IMG/VR virus record: IMGVR_UViG_3300044580_000387
Coordinates: 1 to 27,097 of that record
Direction: 5' to 3' (one strand)
Length of the DNA: 27,097 nucleotides
Source of the DNA: a virus
Taxonomy: Duplodnaviria > Caudoviricetes
Position numbers and translations under genes: made by a program. The stretch's first letter is position 1; each line of letters starts with the position of its first letter. Of this stretch, positions 1 to 9,900 are shown in pieces. Under the pieces are notes generated by a model. The model was not told where the DNA came from. It saw nothing but the letters and a program-made list of their open reading frames with translations, and made no database searches.

Positions 1-252
1 TAGTTAATAACATCGATTTTTTCAGTAAATCATCTACAAACTTAGAATTTTTTTTTGCAAAATAAAAAAAATCACCAAAAAATACTTTTATCCTATATAA
101 TCATAAAATCAAATTGTACATAAATTTAAAACAAATTGTGCAAAATAAATTTAATTTTAACTAAGATAGTGTTTTTAAATATCGGGTTGGAAACATATTT
201 GAAATAAACTACGTATATTTACATAAATATTAACTACTTAAACCTGATAAAC

Positions 253-774
253 ATGAAAAAGATTGTGTATTTATTTATGCTGGCTGTGCTAGCGGTCGCC
301 TGTAGTGATGACCCTACACCTGCTAAATTCAAGGTTGACCCAAACGCCATGATACTTTTACGTGGCGATATGGGCGGAGCTGCAAAGGGTTTTGTTACCG
401 GACTTACTCCCCTTGAGGTTGTAGAAAATGGAGTTAACGTTAAGTATGAATCACACTGGGCTGGTAATATGTACTACGAAACTATTCAGCAAATTTCATC
501 TACTTTTGCTGATTTACAAAAAGACTACGATATTCCTGCTCTAAAACTTTGGGGCGTGTGCATTATTACTATGGATGGCGAGTATTATAAAGATTTTACC
601 TATGCAACTAACGTTTATATAACTGATAATAACAATGATACTATTGCCCAGGTTCCTGATGAGGTTATCGTTAATGCTCGTGCTCTAATTGAGGATGCCT
701 ATAACAATGGCGATTATGAGGAGGTTTACCGACTTTTTAACGAGGCGTTTACATTTATACCATTTAGCAAGTAG
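253..774 (+). CDS. Lipoprotein of unknown function (moron; possible superinfection-exclusion/receptor-blocking protein)
   Basis: MKK + hydrophobic stretch + lipobox LAVAC, acidic residues after Cys (CSDD); convergent with tail-tip gene. Confidence 0.8.
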   Translation: MKKIVYLFMLAVLAVACSDDPTPAKFKVDPNAMILLRGDMGGAAKGFVTGLTPLEVVENGVNVKYESHWAGNMYYETIQQISSTFADLQKDYDIPALKLWGVCIITMDGEYYKDFTYATNVYITDNNNDTIAQVPDEVIVNARALIEDAYNNGDYEEVYRLFNEAFTFIPFSK

Positions 775-798
775 AAAGTGTGAAAATTTAAAATATTG

Positions 799-823
799 AA
801 GCCGGGAATATTCCCGGCTTTTT
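799..823 (+). terminator. Intrinsic terminator between convergent genes (possibly bidirectional)
   Basis: Perfect 22-bp palindrome AAGCCGGGAATATTCCCGGCTT (799-820), T-run on + strand. Confidence 0.8.
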
Positions 824-3800
824 AGTTGTTACCAAAGACAGCGAAGCTAAAATTTGCATCCGTAAGGGTTGTGCCGCTGTATGTGTAAACAGTAAACCTG
901 TCCGTTTGCGGATCAGCCCATCTTATACTTCTACTTGCATCCATTACGCTAACAATAGCGCTATAATTAGTATGACCTATCGAATGGTAAACTGTATAGG
1001 TACCAGCAGATACTCTTTTTACACTATTTGATGCGTGTTTCTTAGCCCCCCATAATGCAGCGGCGCCACCGCTACTTACCCCTCTTCCTGACAGCAAAAA
1101 ACCCGGTCTGTCGGGGGCATTTTGCATTTTTTCTTTTAGTGCATTTGGATTTTGGTATAGATAGTTGTTGGCGTCATAAATAATGAACATACCATTGTTG
1201 TTTATTCTGCTTATTTCAACAAGAGCCACGCCTGATAGTGTATCATTAGGCGTTGAAATGTTTAGCTGAACTATAACTTCCGAACTTGATGAAGTACCTT
1301 CTCCAAATCCCCAAAGCTCAACTTTATATGTTCCATAAGGCATCCCATTAAATGTTTTAGCAGGGAAAATACCAGATTTGTGGTCATAACCAAACTCATT
1401 AAGTGATATTTGCTCCATCCCAAGTTCGACATAACCACTAGGAGTTATAAGCCTTGCTCTTACTGTAGCCCAGGCTCTTTGCCCATCTATATTACTACAT
1501 TCAATATCAAAATTTATAGGTGGAGTTGTTATGGTATATTTGTCAGATGTGCTTGGTAAAACTAGATTATTTGAGAATTTTGTCTGACTTACGTTTGTAT
1601 TTGTTGCGTTAAATAAAATTGATTGAACTGCCGAAACACTTACACTATTGGGTGAAAGAAGAGAAGATAAAGATGGGATAGTTTCTGAACCTATCATAGC
1701 CTTCACGTCATCGTTATCATCAATTAGTTGAATTTCAGAGGCATCTTGATTAATAAATATTCTTTTCCCTCCCGGGGGCGCTGTACTAAGCGAACCAAAC
1801 AGCTCTACATCCATCGCATAAATTTTTCCCGCTTGTGTTACAACAAACTTGGCGGCATCAGTCAGCTGACCAGCAACTCTATTTATAGCTTGAAGTAGCG
1901 TTCCACCTCCGTAAAACCTGGGCGTATTATCTGTCGCCCCAGCGCCATTTATCCCTGCTTTTTCCACCCAGCTGCCGCTCTGGTTCACCGCCCCCAGCTT
2001 GATGAGGGTGGTGGAGAGTAAACCACCTTGGATATCGGTAGAGTTTTGCATCGCCTCCTTCAAGTAGCTGTAGGCATCTATCTCGGCCTGCACATCCTCA
2101 TGTGCAGGCGACCAGTCGGTGCACCGGTTACCATTTTCTAACTTGATGCGCCATATTGCCGCATCAACATTCTGGGCTGTTGTGGGCGCTCTGAGCTGTA
2201 TTTGCAGGCTGTTTACCCCGTTACCCACCAAGCCCTCCCACTTAACCCTCAACGCCACCCCTGCGCCAACTGTTGTTGTCTTCTGTATGTTGGAGAACAG
2301 CACCAGGTCGGCTGTACCGAGATTTTTTACGTAGAACGACAGCGACACCACCCTCCCATTCTCCATTGCGTTTACTATGTACCTGTATGTTTTCAAAACA
2401 TGAGTTCCCCCGCTTGTTTGAAGGCGCACGGCGTTGGTGGTGCCGAACTCCGGAATGCTGTAGTTGTTCGTTACCGTTAGCGATGAGCCTTGGTAAGCTA
2501 TAAAACCGGTGGGCGATTCGGAGTTAGGCAGCAGGTTGCTTCCGCCAATTGCTATGCTATCAGCCGTTTGCTGCGCCAGGTCGGCAAGCTCCTTCGCCCT
2601 GATAGAAATTGCGCTAAGCACGCTATTTTTCTGATCGTAGTAGTTCTTAAATTTTTGCCTGAAGGTAGCGCCATCTATATCTGACGTTACGGTCAAGTTA
2701 GCCAGGAGCGGATTTATGTAATCTGCAAGTTCATAAAATCTATCCTCTAAGTCGTAATAGGTAATGCCATAATTATCCGCTTGGTTCATGATTGTCCCCA
2801 TCTCTGTAGGAATAACGTCCCATTCCTTTTTAACCGCCTGCTTCTCCGATGGCGTCAGCTTGCCATCGGAGGCAATGTCGGCTAGAAGGGAGTTAGCCGT
2901 GTTGGCAGCGGTTTGGGCGTTTGCAGCAGCAGCAGCAGCGGCGTTTGCGGCAGCATCAATATCCTCATGTGCAGGCGACCAGTCGGTGCACCGGTTACCA
3001 TTTTCTAACTTGATGCGCCATATTGCCGCATCAACATTCTGGGCTGTTGTGGGCGCTCTGAGCTGTATTTGCAGGCTGTTTACCCCGTTACCCACCAAGC
3101 CCTCCCACTTAACCCTCAACGCCACCCCTGCGCCAACTGTTGTTGTCTTCTGTATGTTGGAGAACAGCACCAGGTCGGCTGTACCGAGATTTTTTACGTA
3201 GAACGACAGCGACACCACCCTCCCATTCTCCATTGCGTTTACTATGTACCTGTATGTTTTCAAAACATGAGTTCCCCCGCTTGTTTGAAGGCGCACGGCG
3301 TTGGTGGTGCCGAACTCCGGAATGCTGTAGTTGTTCGTTACCGTTAGCGATGAGCCTTGGTAAGCTATAAAACCGGTGGGCGATTCGGAGTTAGGCAGCA
3401 GGTTGCTTCCGCCAATTGCTATGCTATCAGCCGTTTGCTGCGCCAGGTCGGCAAGCTCCTTCGCCCTGATAGAAATTGCGCTAAGCACGCTATTTTTCTG
3501 ATCGTAGTAGTTCTTAAATTTTTGCCTGAAGGTAGCGCCATCTATATCTGACGTTACGGTCAAGTTAGCCAGGAGCGGATTTATGTAATCTGCAAGTTCA
3601 TAAAATCTATCCTCTAAGTCGTAATAGGTAATGCCATAATTATCCGCTTGGTTCATGATTGTCCCCATCTCTGTAGGAATAACGTCCCATTCCTTTTTAA
3701 CCGCCTGCTTCTCCGATGGCGTCAGCTTGCCATCGGAGGCAATGTCGGCTAGAAGGGAGTTAGCCGTGTTGGCAGCGGTTTGGGCGTTTGCAGCAGCAGC

Positions 3801-6347
3801 AGCAGCGGCATTTGCAGCAGCATCGTCAGTGTATTTACTCGCCTTTTCCCAGTGCGCGATGTTGAAGGCAACCCCGGAGGCCTTAGCCGTTTTGCATTTC
3901 AACAGGTCATTTGAGTAGGTTGGGCTGTACGTGGCGTTAGCCCAGAGGTCGCCAACATCGTAAGCATCAGCCGTGGTGGGCTGCGCTACGAATACCCGTC
4001 GTTTACCGTCGGCAGTGTCCTGTGCCGCTGCCGCATTGGCAAGGGCAACAGCCACATCCGTGTCTTTTAAAAGCTCCCAGGAGTAAACCGTACCAGTTTT
4101 GCTGAACCGGTATCCCAGCCCTGTAGTTTTGTTATAGAATAGGTCGCCCAAGTGTTTATCCTTATCGGTGTCAGTCGTCCAACTTGTGGCCGGCGCGTTG
4201 CTTAATGCCGGCACATAGGTATCGAACCACGTCATTATCTGTCCGTCAATCTGCGCCTGCAAGTTGCTCACCAATGCGTTAACATCAGCCTGTAATGAGT
4301 AAACCGAAAGGTCCGGAGCATCGGCTAGGTTATTGTAGCCCTGCGAGCCAGATTGAAAGGTTATTTTACCGCTAATAACCCCGGCATCGAGGTCAAAGTA
4401 GGTCTGGTTGTCTGCGCTTTGTATTCTTCCGGTTTTTATAAATCTGCCATTTATTGTTGTAAATCCAAACAGCAGCGAAACCTGGCGGGCGTTGTCGATA
4501 ACGCTTGATAGCACACCTGCAAAAAAGTTGTAGTAAGCGCCTTCGTTAATTTCTAGTTGGTTTATTGATAAAATTACTTGCCCTGTATTTCCGCTCTTTA
4601 AACATTTAACGTATATGTAGCGCAGGTTATCATCTGGTAATGTTTCGCTAAGCCCAGTAATTGTCCAACTCCTAATTTCGTCCTCTATGGTGAAATGCGA
4701 TAAAATACCATTTCCAACCACTATGCTGTTTTTGTTCCCCATGTAGTTGGTGTTGAACATGCAGTCGGTGTAGAATTGCTGGCCTTTAGAGCCTACCGAA
4801 AGCATGTTGGTTTCTATCGAAAAAGGCTTGATATTACTATTATCAAAATAGCCATCCTGGTCGAAAATAACATTCTGCAGCTCCTGAACAACCTTGTAGT
4901 TACGCCTTGCCCTTGCTGGGTCTAGTAGTCTGTTCATTTGCAGAACCACATCCGTGCGTTCAATGGTGGTTAAAATCTGGCTCACAAGGGTTGGTTCTAC
5001 CGTATCGGCCAGTTCAAAGTTGTAATCGTTGGTATTTACAAGTTTTCGCTCAATACCAATAATCCTAATATCCCTATCAATTCCAATATCATCATCCTCA
5101 ATGTGCACATAATCGCCTGCTTTATACGTTAACTCCAGCTTTTTTATAAATAGCGGATCCGCCTCCACCTTATAGGCAACGTTTGGAACACTATTTTGAA
5201 GGAGCGATTCCTGTGCCTTTGCAAGTAGTCTGGCTTCCGCATTATCAACGTACTCCTGCGGCATGTAGATGTCCAGAATGATGTAATTATCGCCCACCCT
5301 GGGCTTTAGCGTGGAATTGGGCAACTCGTATGCTACCTCATCTACAAATTTTTTAAGAATGAAGGTTTTGGTGCTATGATTGTATGATGATAGCTCAAAC
5401 TCGTAGCCCGCCAAGTCTCCAGTTTGAAAATGTATTTTCGCAGTTGTGCCGGGTATTAGGTAAATAGTGTTACCTCCAGCATCTGTTTCGTTAAGGTCGA
5501 AGTTCATCGCAGAATCGCTGAACTCAAGAACATTATCTACATTAACAGCAGTTATAGCCCCGATGCGTTCAGGCTTTATTTCATCGAATGTTTGTGAACT
5601 TTCAATTATGCCATATAGCAAAGTGTTGGCTTCTATATAATCTCCATTAATTTGTAATCTCTTGGAGTTGTTACGGTAGCCTTTAGGCAGATTTTGCTCG
5701 CTACCGAAAGGGTATAGCCTGGTAACTATATCCTTCGAGCTAACGTTTGTGCGATGTATGCTGTAAAGCCCATTATTCTTTCCATACTGGAAGTTAACTG
5801 GCAGGACATCTCCCCGCTTACCTATGTTGATTGTTTTATTAGAGCCTATCCAGTATTCTGTACCAAACTCCTCGGCAATTCGTGTAATGGCCTCAAGACA
5901 GTTATTGCCAGAGTAGGTTAGGTTCTTTGCCCCGGTGATAACTACAGAGCCGAGTGTCCACCCACTCTGCACCCTGTTCATGTTTTCAACAATTACCCTA
6001 GCTTGTAACTCCGCATCGCCCATCAAACTAAAGTCAGAACCTCCGGCATATACCAGATTTGCTGTGTAGTAGAGCATATGAACTTTGCGTAATTCATACT
6101 CTAACCCTTCAAATAAAAGGTCGTAAACAAATGTAAAGGCATTTTCTTTTTTTACTGTTGGGAGGATGTTTAAAGTGTACTTTTCTCCCGCAAACATAAG
6201 GTAGTCACCAACCTGAAATGAGAATGCTGACGAACGCTTCACCGTAAGGCTAACGGTATTTTCGCCCATAACCTTTTTAGTGCACCTATCGCCATCATCG
6301 GGACGAACCTTTAATATTTCCTCTCCCGCAGAGTTATATATTATCAT
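822..6347 (-). CDS. Tail tip/hub-fibre protein (prophage tail endopeptidase-like N-terminus, duplicated CBM-like modules, C-terminal putative receptor-binding domain)
   Basis: 1841 aa after distal-tail gene; 'VTRLYPFGS..NLP' tail-hub motif; 'LQAQIDGQIMTWF', Ala-rich linkers, 'GGSNLLPNS...KLENGNRCTDWSPAHED' modules typical of siphophage fibres. Confidence 0.85.
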   Translation of the reverse strand: MIIYNSAGEEILKVRPDDGDRCTKKVMGENTVSLTVKRSSAFSFQVGDYLMFAGEKYTLNILPTVKKENAFTFVYDLLFEGLEYELRKVHMLYYTANLVYAGGSDFSLMGDAELQARVIVENMNRVQSGWTLGSVVITGAKNLTYSGNNCLEAITRIAEEFGTEYWIGSNKTINIGKRGDVLPVNFQYGKNNGLYSIHRTNVSSKDIVTRLYPFGSEQNLPKGYRNNSKRLQINGDYIEANTLLYGIIESSQTFDEIKPERIGAITAVNVDNVLEFSDSAMNFDLNETDAGGNTIYLIPGTTAKIHFQTGDLAGYEFELSSYNHSTKTFILKKFVDEVAYELPNSTLKPRVGDNYIILDIYMPQEYVDNAEARLLAKAQESLLQNSVPNVAYKVEADPLFIKKLELTYKAGDYVHIEDDDIGIDRDIRIIGIERKLVNTNDYNFELADTVEPTLVSQILTTIERTDVVLQMNRLLDPARARRNYKVVQELQNVIFDQDGYFDNSNIKPFSIETNMLSVGSKGQQFYTDCMFNTNYMGNKNSIVVGNGILSHFTIEDEIRSWTITGLSETLPDDNLRYIYVKCLKSGNTGQVILSINQLEINEGAYYNFFAGVLSSVIDNARQVSLLFGFTTINGRFIKTGRIQSADNQTYFDLDAGVISGKITFQSGSQGYNNLADAPDLSVYSLQADVNALVSNLQAQIDGQIMTWFDTYVPALSNAPATSWTTDTDKDKHLGDLFYNKTTGLGYRFSKTGTVYSWELLKDTDVAVALANAAAAQDTADGKRRVFVAQPTTADAYDVGDLWANATYSPTYSNDLLKCKTAKASGVAFNIAHWEKASKYTDDAAANAAAAAAANAQTAANTANSLLADIASDGKLTPSEKQAVKKEWDVIPTEMGTIMNQADNYGITYYDLEDRFYELADYINPLLANLTVTSDIDGATFRQKFKNYYDQKNSVLSAISIRAKELADLAQQTADSIAIGGSNLLPNSESPTGFIAYQGSSLTVTNNYSIPEFGTTNAVRLQTSGGTHVLKTYRYIVNAMENGRVVSLSFYVKNLGTADLVLFSNIQKTTTVGAGVALRVKWEGLVGNGVNSLQIQLRAPTTAQNVDAAIWRIKLENGNRCTDWSPAHEDIDAAANAAAAAAANAQTAANTANSLLADIASDGKLTPSEKQAVKKEWDVIPTEMGTIMNQADNYGITYYDLEDRFYELADYINPLLANLTVTSDIDGATFRQKFKNYYDQKNSVLSAISIRAKELADLAQQTADSIAIGGSNLLPNSESPTGFIAYQGSSLTVTNNYSIPEFGTTNAVRLQTSGGTHVLKTYRYIVNAMENGRVVSLSFYVKNLGTADLVLFSNIQKTTTVGAGVALRVKWEGLVGNGVNSLQIQLRAPTTAQNVDAAIWRIKLENGNRCTDWSPAHEDVQAEIDAYSYLKEAMQNSTDIQGGLLSTTLIKLGAVNQSGSWVEKAGINGAGATDNTPRFYGGGTLLQAINRVAGQLTDAAKFVVTQAGKIYAMDVELFGSLSTAPPGGKRIFINQDASEIQLIDDNDDVKAMIGSETIPSLSSLLSPNSVSVSAVQSILFNATNTNVSQTKFSNNLVLPSTSDKYTITTPPINFDIECSNIDGQRAWATVRARLITPSGYVELGMEQISLNEFGYDHKSGIFPAKTFNGMPYGTYKVELWGFGEGTSSSSEVIVQLNISTPNDTLSGVALVEISRINNNGMFIIYDANNYLYQNPNALKEKMQNAPDRPGFLLSGRGVSSGGAAALWGAKKHASNSVKRVSAGTYTVYHSIGHTNYSAIVSVMDASRSIRWADPQTDRFTVYTYSGTTLTDANFSFAVFGNN
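2094..3824. repeat. Near-perfect 867-bp-period tandem duplication (2094-2957 / 2961-3824), 289-aa unit
   Basis: Identical shadow ORFs offset by 867 (2202/3069, 2273/3140, 2490/3357); the only differences noticed are synonymous at 2943/3810 and 2949/3816. Confidence 0.97.
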
Positions 6348-6997
6348 GGATTTTGTTTTGTTTCCGAGTTTATTGTTACTCCAGTACCCGTTATATTAGC
6401 AAATTTTACCCCGGTGCCAGCTATTAATACGGTGTAGGTTCCCGCTTCAGCATAGGTGTGTGATAACGTATTCTCGTTAACAGCACCATCGCCCCACCAC
6501 ACGGTAAAGTCCTTACCAGTTGGCACTACTAAAGAAATCTCACCAGATGCCTCCACAGTTGCGCTTCCCATTCTGGTTTCAGGCATCGGGCAACGAAGTT
6601 TTAGCGTAAATTGTAAGTAAACTGCCGATGCGCTGGCGGGGGTTATACGCTTGTATCCCGTAATTTCCTCTAGTAGAACAGGGTAAAGCCTTTGCCTCAG
6701 CTGGCTACCCAGCAAATGTAAGCCATCGCCAGATAGCAGTTTAATTACACCGTTAATTCGCTTAATGGCATCGGAGTAGGAGCTTTCCTGAACATAGCAG
6801 TCAAGGGTTATATCCTGAGCTTCAAATGTTAGGTCGGTAGTGGTATCAATATCTACTCCACTCTCCTCCGGCCAATTAAATTCATCCCTTTTTTTTACCT
6901 TCGGAAGCATATCAAGTCCGTTAGCCTCCTGCACTACAACCCCGAAGGTCTCGTAAAGGCCATACCCATCTATTGTAAATCTACCAGCCAAATTCAT
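6344..6997 (-). CDS. Distal tail (Dit-like) protein with C-terminal PKD-like domain
   Basis: Between tape measure and tail tip; 'WPEESGVD' motif; 'WWGDG...SHTYAEAGTYTV' PKD signature. Confidence 0.7.
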   Translation of the reverse strand: MNLAGRFTIDGYGLYETFGVVVQEANGLDMLPKVKKRDEFNWPEESGVDIDTTTDLTFEAQDITLDCYVQESSYSDAIKRINGVIKLLSGDGLHLLGSQLRQRLYPVLLEEITGYKRITPASASAVYLQFTLKLRCPMPETRMGSATVEASGEISLVVPTGKDFTVWWGDGAVNENTLSHTYAEAGTYTVLIAGTGVKFANITGTGVTINSETKQNP

Positions 6998-6998
6998 G

Positions 6999-9900
6999 CT
7001 ATCTCCCTGTTATTCGTATGTCGCGAAATAAGTCGGTAAAACCATTTTGCTCTCTTACTAAAATTCCTTTGCTTATTAGTGCTTTTATGTCATTTATTGT
7101 ACGCGTGTTCTGTTCAATCTGCATGAGATACTCATTCGAACGAGTAATCCCATTATTAATAGCATTTAGACCTAACCCGAACGAATACTCTAATTCCGTT
7201 GTATTAATATTCAAATTTGAATTAAATCCTCCGGTTACAACGCTGGCAATGTCGGCTAGGTGTATGCGCATCGCTCCAAGTTGTCCGGCCATAAGGTCAG
7301 CGGTTTCCTGGCTCATCCCGCTAATTGCTCCGGATAAACCGCCAGCGGATTCGCTTCCCGAAGTCCATAGATCAAAACCTGCCTCACCGGCCTTTCTTTG
7401 CCATTCCTCCATCCACTCCTGCGCAAGCTGCATGTCGCCATTTATGTTCGCGAAGAAATTCTCAAGAATATTCATTTGTGCATTTGCAACCTGCTGTGCA
7501 TCTGTTAATTTGTAAGTCTGCTCTAGCTGTTTCTGTAGCTGATCAAACTTTCCTGCAAAAAAGAGTTCATAGGCAATCTTTTTACCCAATCCCTCAAGAC
7601 TGTCTGCTCCTGCATTGTAGAAATCTTCCCAGGCATTTGCCCCATTTTCGAGAGCGTTAACAAGGCTATCGGTTATTTCCGTTCCCAGGCTACCATACGT
7701 GCTCTCAATTTCTTCTCGCACGGCTGCCATAGCCTCATCGTAACGCTCTTTCAGGTCTATTGCATTTTGTATCTGCGCTCTTTGCTCTTTTGTTAGCTGC
7801 TTATTTGTATCAAGAAAAAGTTTTGCCGCCTCGGTATCGAAAACCCCATCGTTCCATAGCTGCGGTGCTAAATCTTTTAAGCTCTTATACTTGTCATTTT
7901 TACCAAACGCCTCGGCCATTTTGCCATAATCTTTTACCTTTATCCGCATGTTTTCGAGGTCCGTGTCGAATTTTAAAACATTACTGCCAAGTAAGTTACG
8001 TATAGTGTCTGTTTGTGTGCTTTTATTTATTACTTTATTATAAGCCTCTAAGGCTTCAAGCGCTATTGCCCAGGCATTCGAAGCCTTTTCTATTGCTCTA
8101 ACCCCAAAAACGTCCTCATAATCCTCATTGCGAAGTGTTAAAAGCATTAGCTGATAGCTTTGCATAAAGCTAAGCATGTCCTCCCTTGCCTGTTTTGCCG
8201 ATTCGCTTCCCTGCTTAAAATCATCCACAATTTTAGTAGCAACCTGTGCAAATGTTGCAGCAATACCCACAACACCACCCACAACATTACCAGCAGCAAA
8301 TTGCGCAAGAGCATTGGCCAAATTGCCAGCCAGGTCTGCTGCCATTTTTATGCTTTCGGCAAGCTCGGCGTTGAACACGCCTGCAACTTCGCTCATGTCA
8401 GTTAAAATAGCTGCTGAATCACGGAGCCTATCTGGAATAAATAGCTTTTGTTTTTCCTCTGCCTCGGCAAGTTTTTTGGTAAGCTCCAACTTTACCTCTT
8501 CACTCCCCTTGTAAGCATCAATTTCGGCTTTTAGGCGGGCAATGTAATTCTGTAGAGCCTTTCGCCCCATATTTTCGATGTTATCGTAAACCCATCGGTA
8601 TGATTCCGATTTTTTAAATTGTGCCGCATCCAGCTCGTCCAGCTCTTTCTGCATCCGTTCTGATGCCTCTGCCGCCTGATCGTAATAGCCCTCTTTTTGT
8701 AACCGTTTACGCGATTTGCTGTACTTTTCAATAATTGCAAGCCGCCTATCCTGGTAGGTGGCAAAATCCTGCAAATCCTTTTCAAGTGCTTCCTTTTCTT
8801 CCCAAACCCCAACCTTTCCGGTTACCTTATCGTCCTTTTTTGTACCTGTAATGCCTTCACGCTCCCTAGTTAGCTTATCAATTCTTTTTTGGTACTCCTC
8901 CCATTTTTTTGCGGTGTCGGAAAGGGCTTGTTGATCGTCTTTCAGCTTCTTTATTTCTGCATCTATAACGTCAACTGTTCTCAACTTTCTCTCATTATCT
9001 GAACTTTCGCTTTTCTTTAACAGGTTGTTAATCTCTTGTATCCTGTTTACTTTTGCATCATAGTCATTATTTGTATCTGATAACGATTTTACATAATCAT
9101 TATATGCTGCTTCAATATCCTTTAAACTCTGTTTAAATGGCCTTCCTGCATCTGCAGCGGCCTTAGCCAGCTGTAACTGCATTTCTTTAAATTCCTCAAA
9201 GGTCTGTGGCTTAACGCGTAACTCGTTTGCAATTGTAGGGATGTTGGCAATTTCTTCTTCAAGTTTACGCTTTTCCTTTAGCAGATCGGCATTTGTTTGC
9301 CCGTAATCAACTAAATCCTTCTGATATTGTAATTCCTCTATAAGCACATTCCTACGCTCATCAAGCCTTAAACTTTTCTCATAGCGTTCATTTGCGCTAA
9401 TAGCCTTTTCCCTATACTGACTTTCTAAATTTTGTTTTTCATTAATTACATCAGTAAGTTTACTCTCGAGCGTTTTTAGCCTTATGGTTTTTTCTAGGTT
9501 TGCTATGTAGGAATTAAATGTACTTGTAAGCGTTTCAACAGATGAGTTTTCGGCGTCAACATTACTCAGTAAATCAGGATACCTCTCGTTAAGTTCCTTT
9601 ACAAGCCTAACCCTTTCCTTTGAGCCTGGGTTAGTTTGCTCAATTCTCCTCTTATATACTTCAAGTTGTGAGTTTTCGTTTTCAAGCTGTAAGTTGACAT
9701 CAGAGGTTACCTCGCTTAAAACCTTAGACTTTTCTGATATATCGTTTGTCCATTTAGAATAAATTACTAAACCTCCAACTACTGCTGTCAATGCGGTTGC
9801 CAACGCCACATAAGGGTTAGCAAGCGATGTAATATTTAGTAACTTTTGCGCTTTCTCCGCTATAACTAGGGCGGCATAGTGTAGGTTTTCCGCAATTGTT

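Noticed and set aside
187-221. Promoter for the left lipoprotein
   Set aside because: CATATTTG and TATATTTA each mismatch TAnnTTTG and -33 spacing is off
822-1200. DGR variable region or invertible tail cassette
   Set aside because: No reverse transcriptase, template repeat, invertase or inverted crossover sites seen in the window
2920-2957. GCA microsatellite or CRISPR-like repeat
   Set aside because: Encodes a poly-Ala linker; no repeat-spacer structure seen anywhere in the window
2119-3918. Repeated + strand ORFs (64-137 aa)
   Set aside because: Antisense shadows of the tail gene, duplicated with the 867-bp repeat
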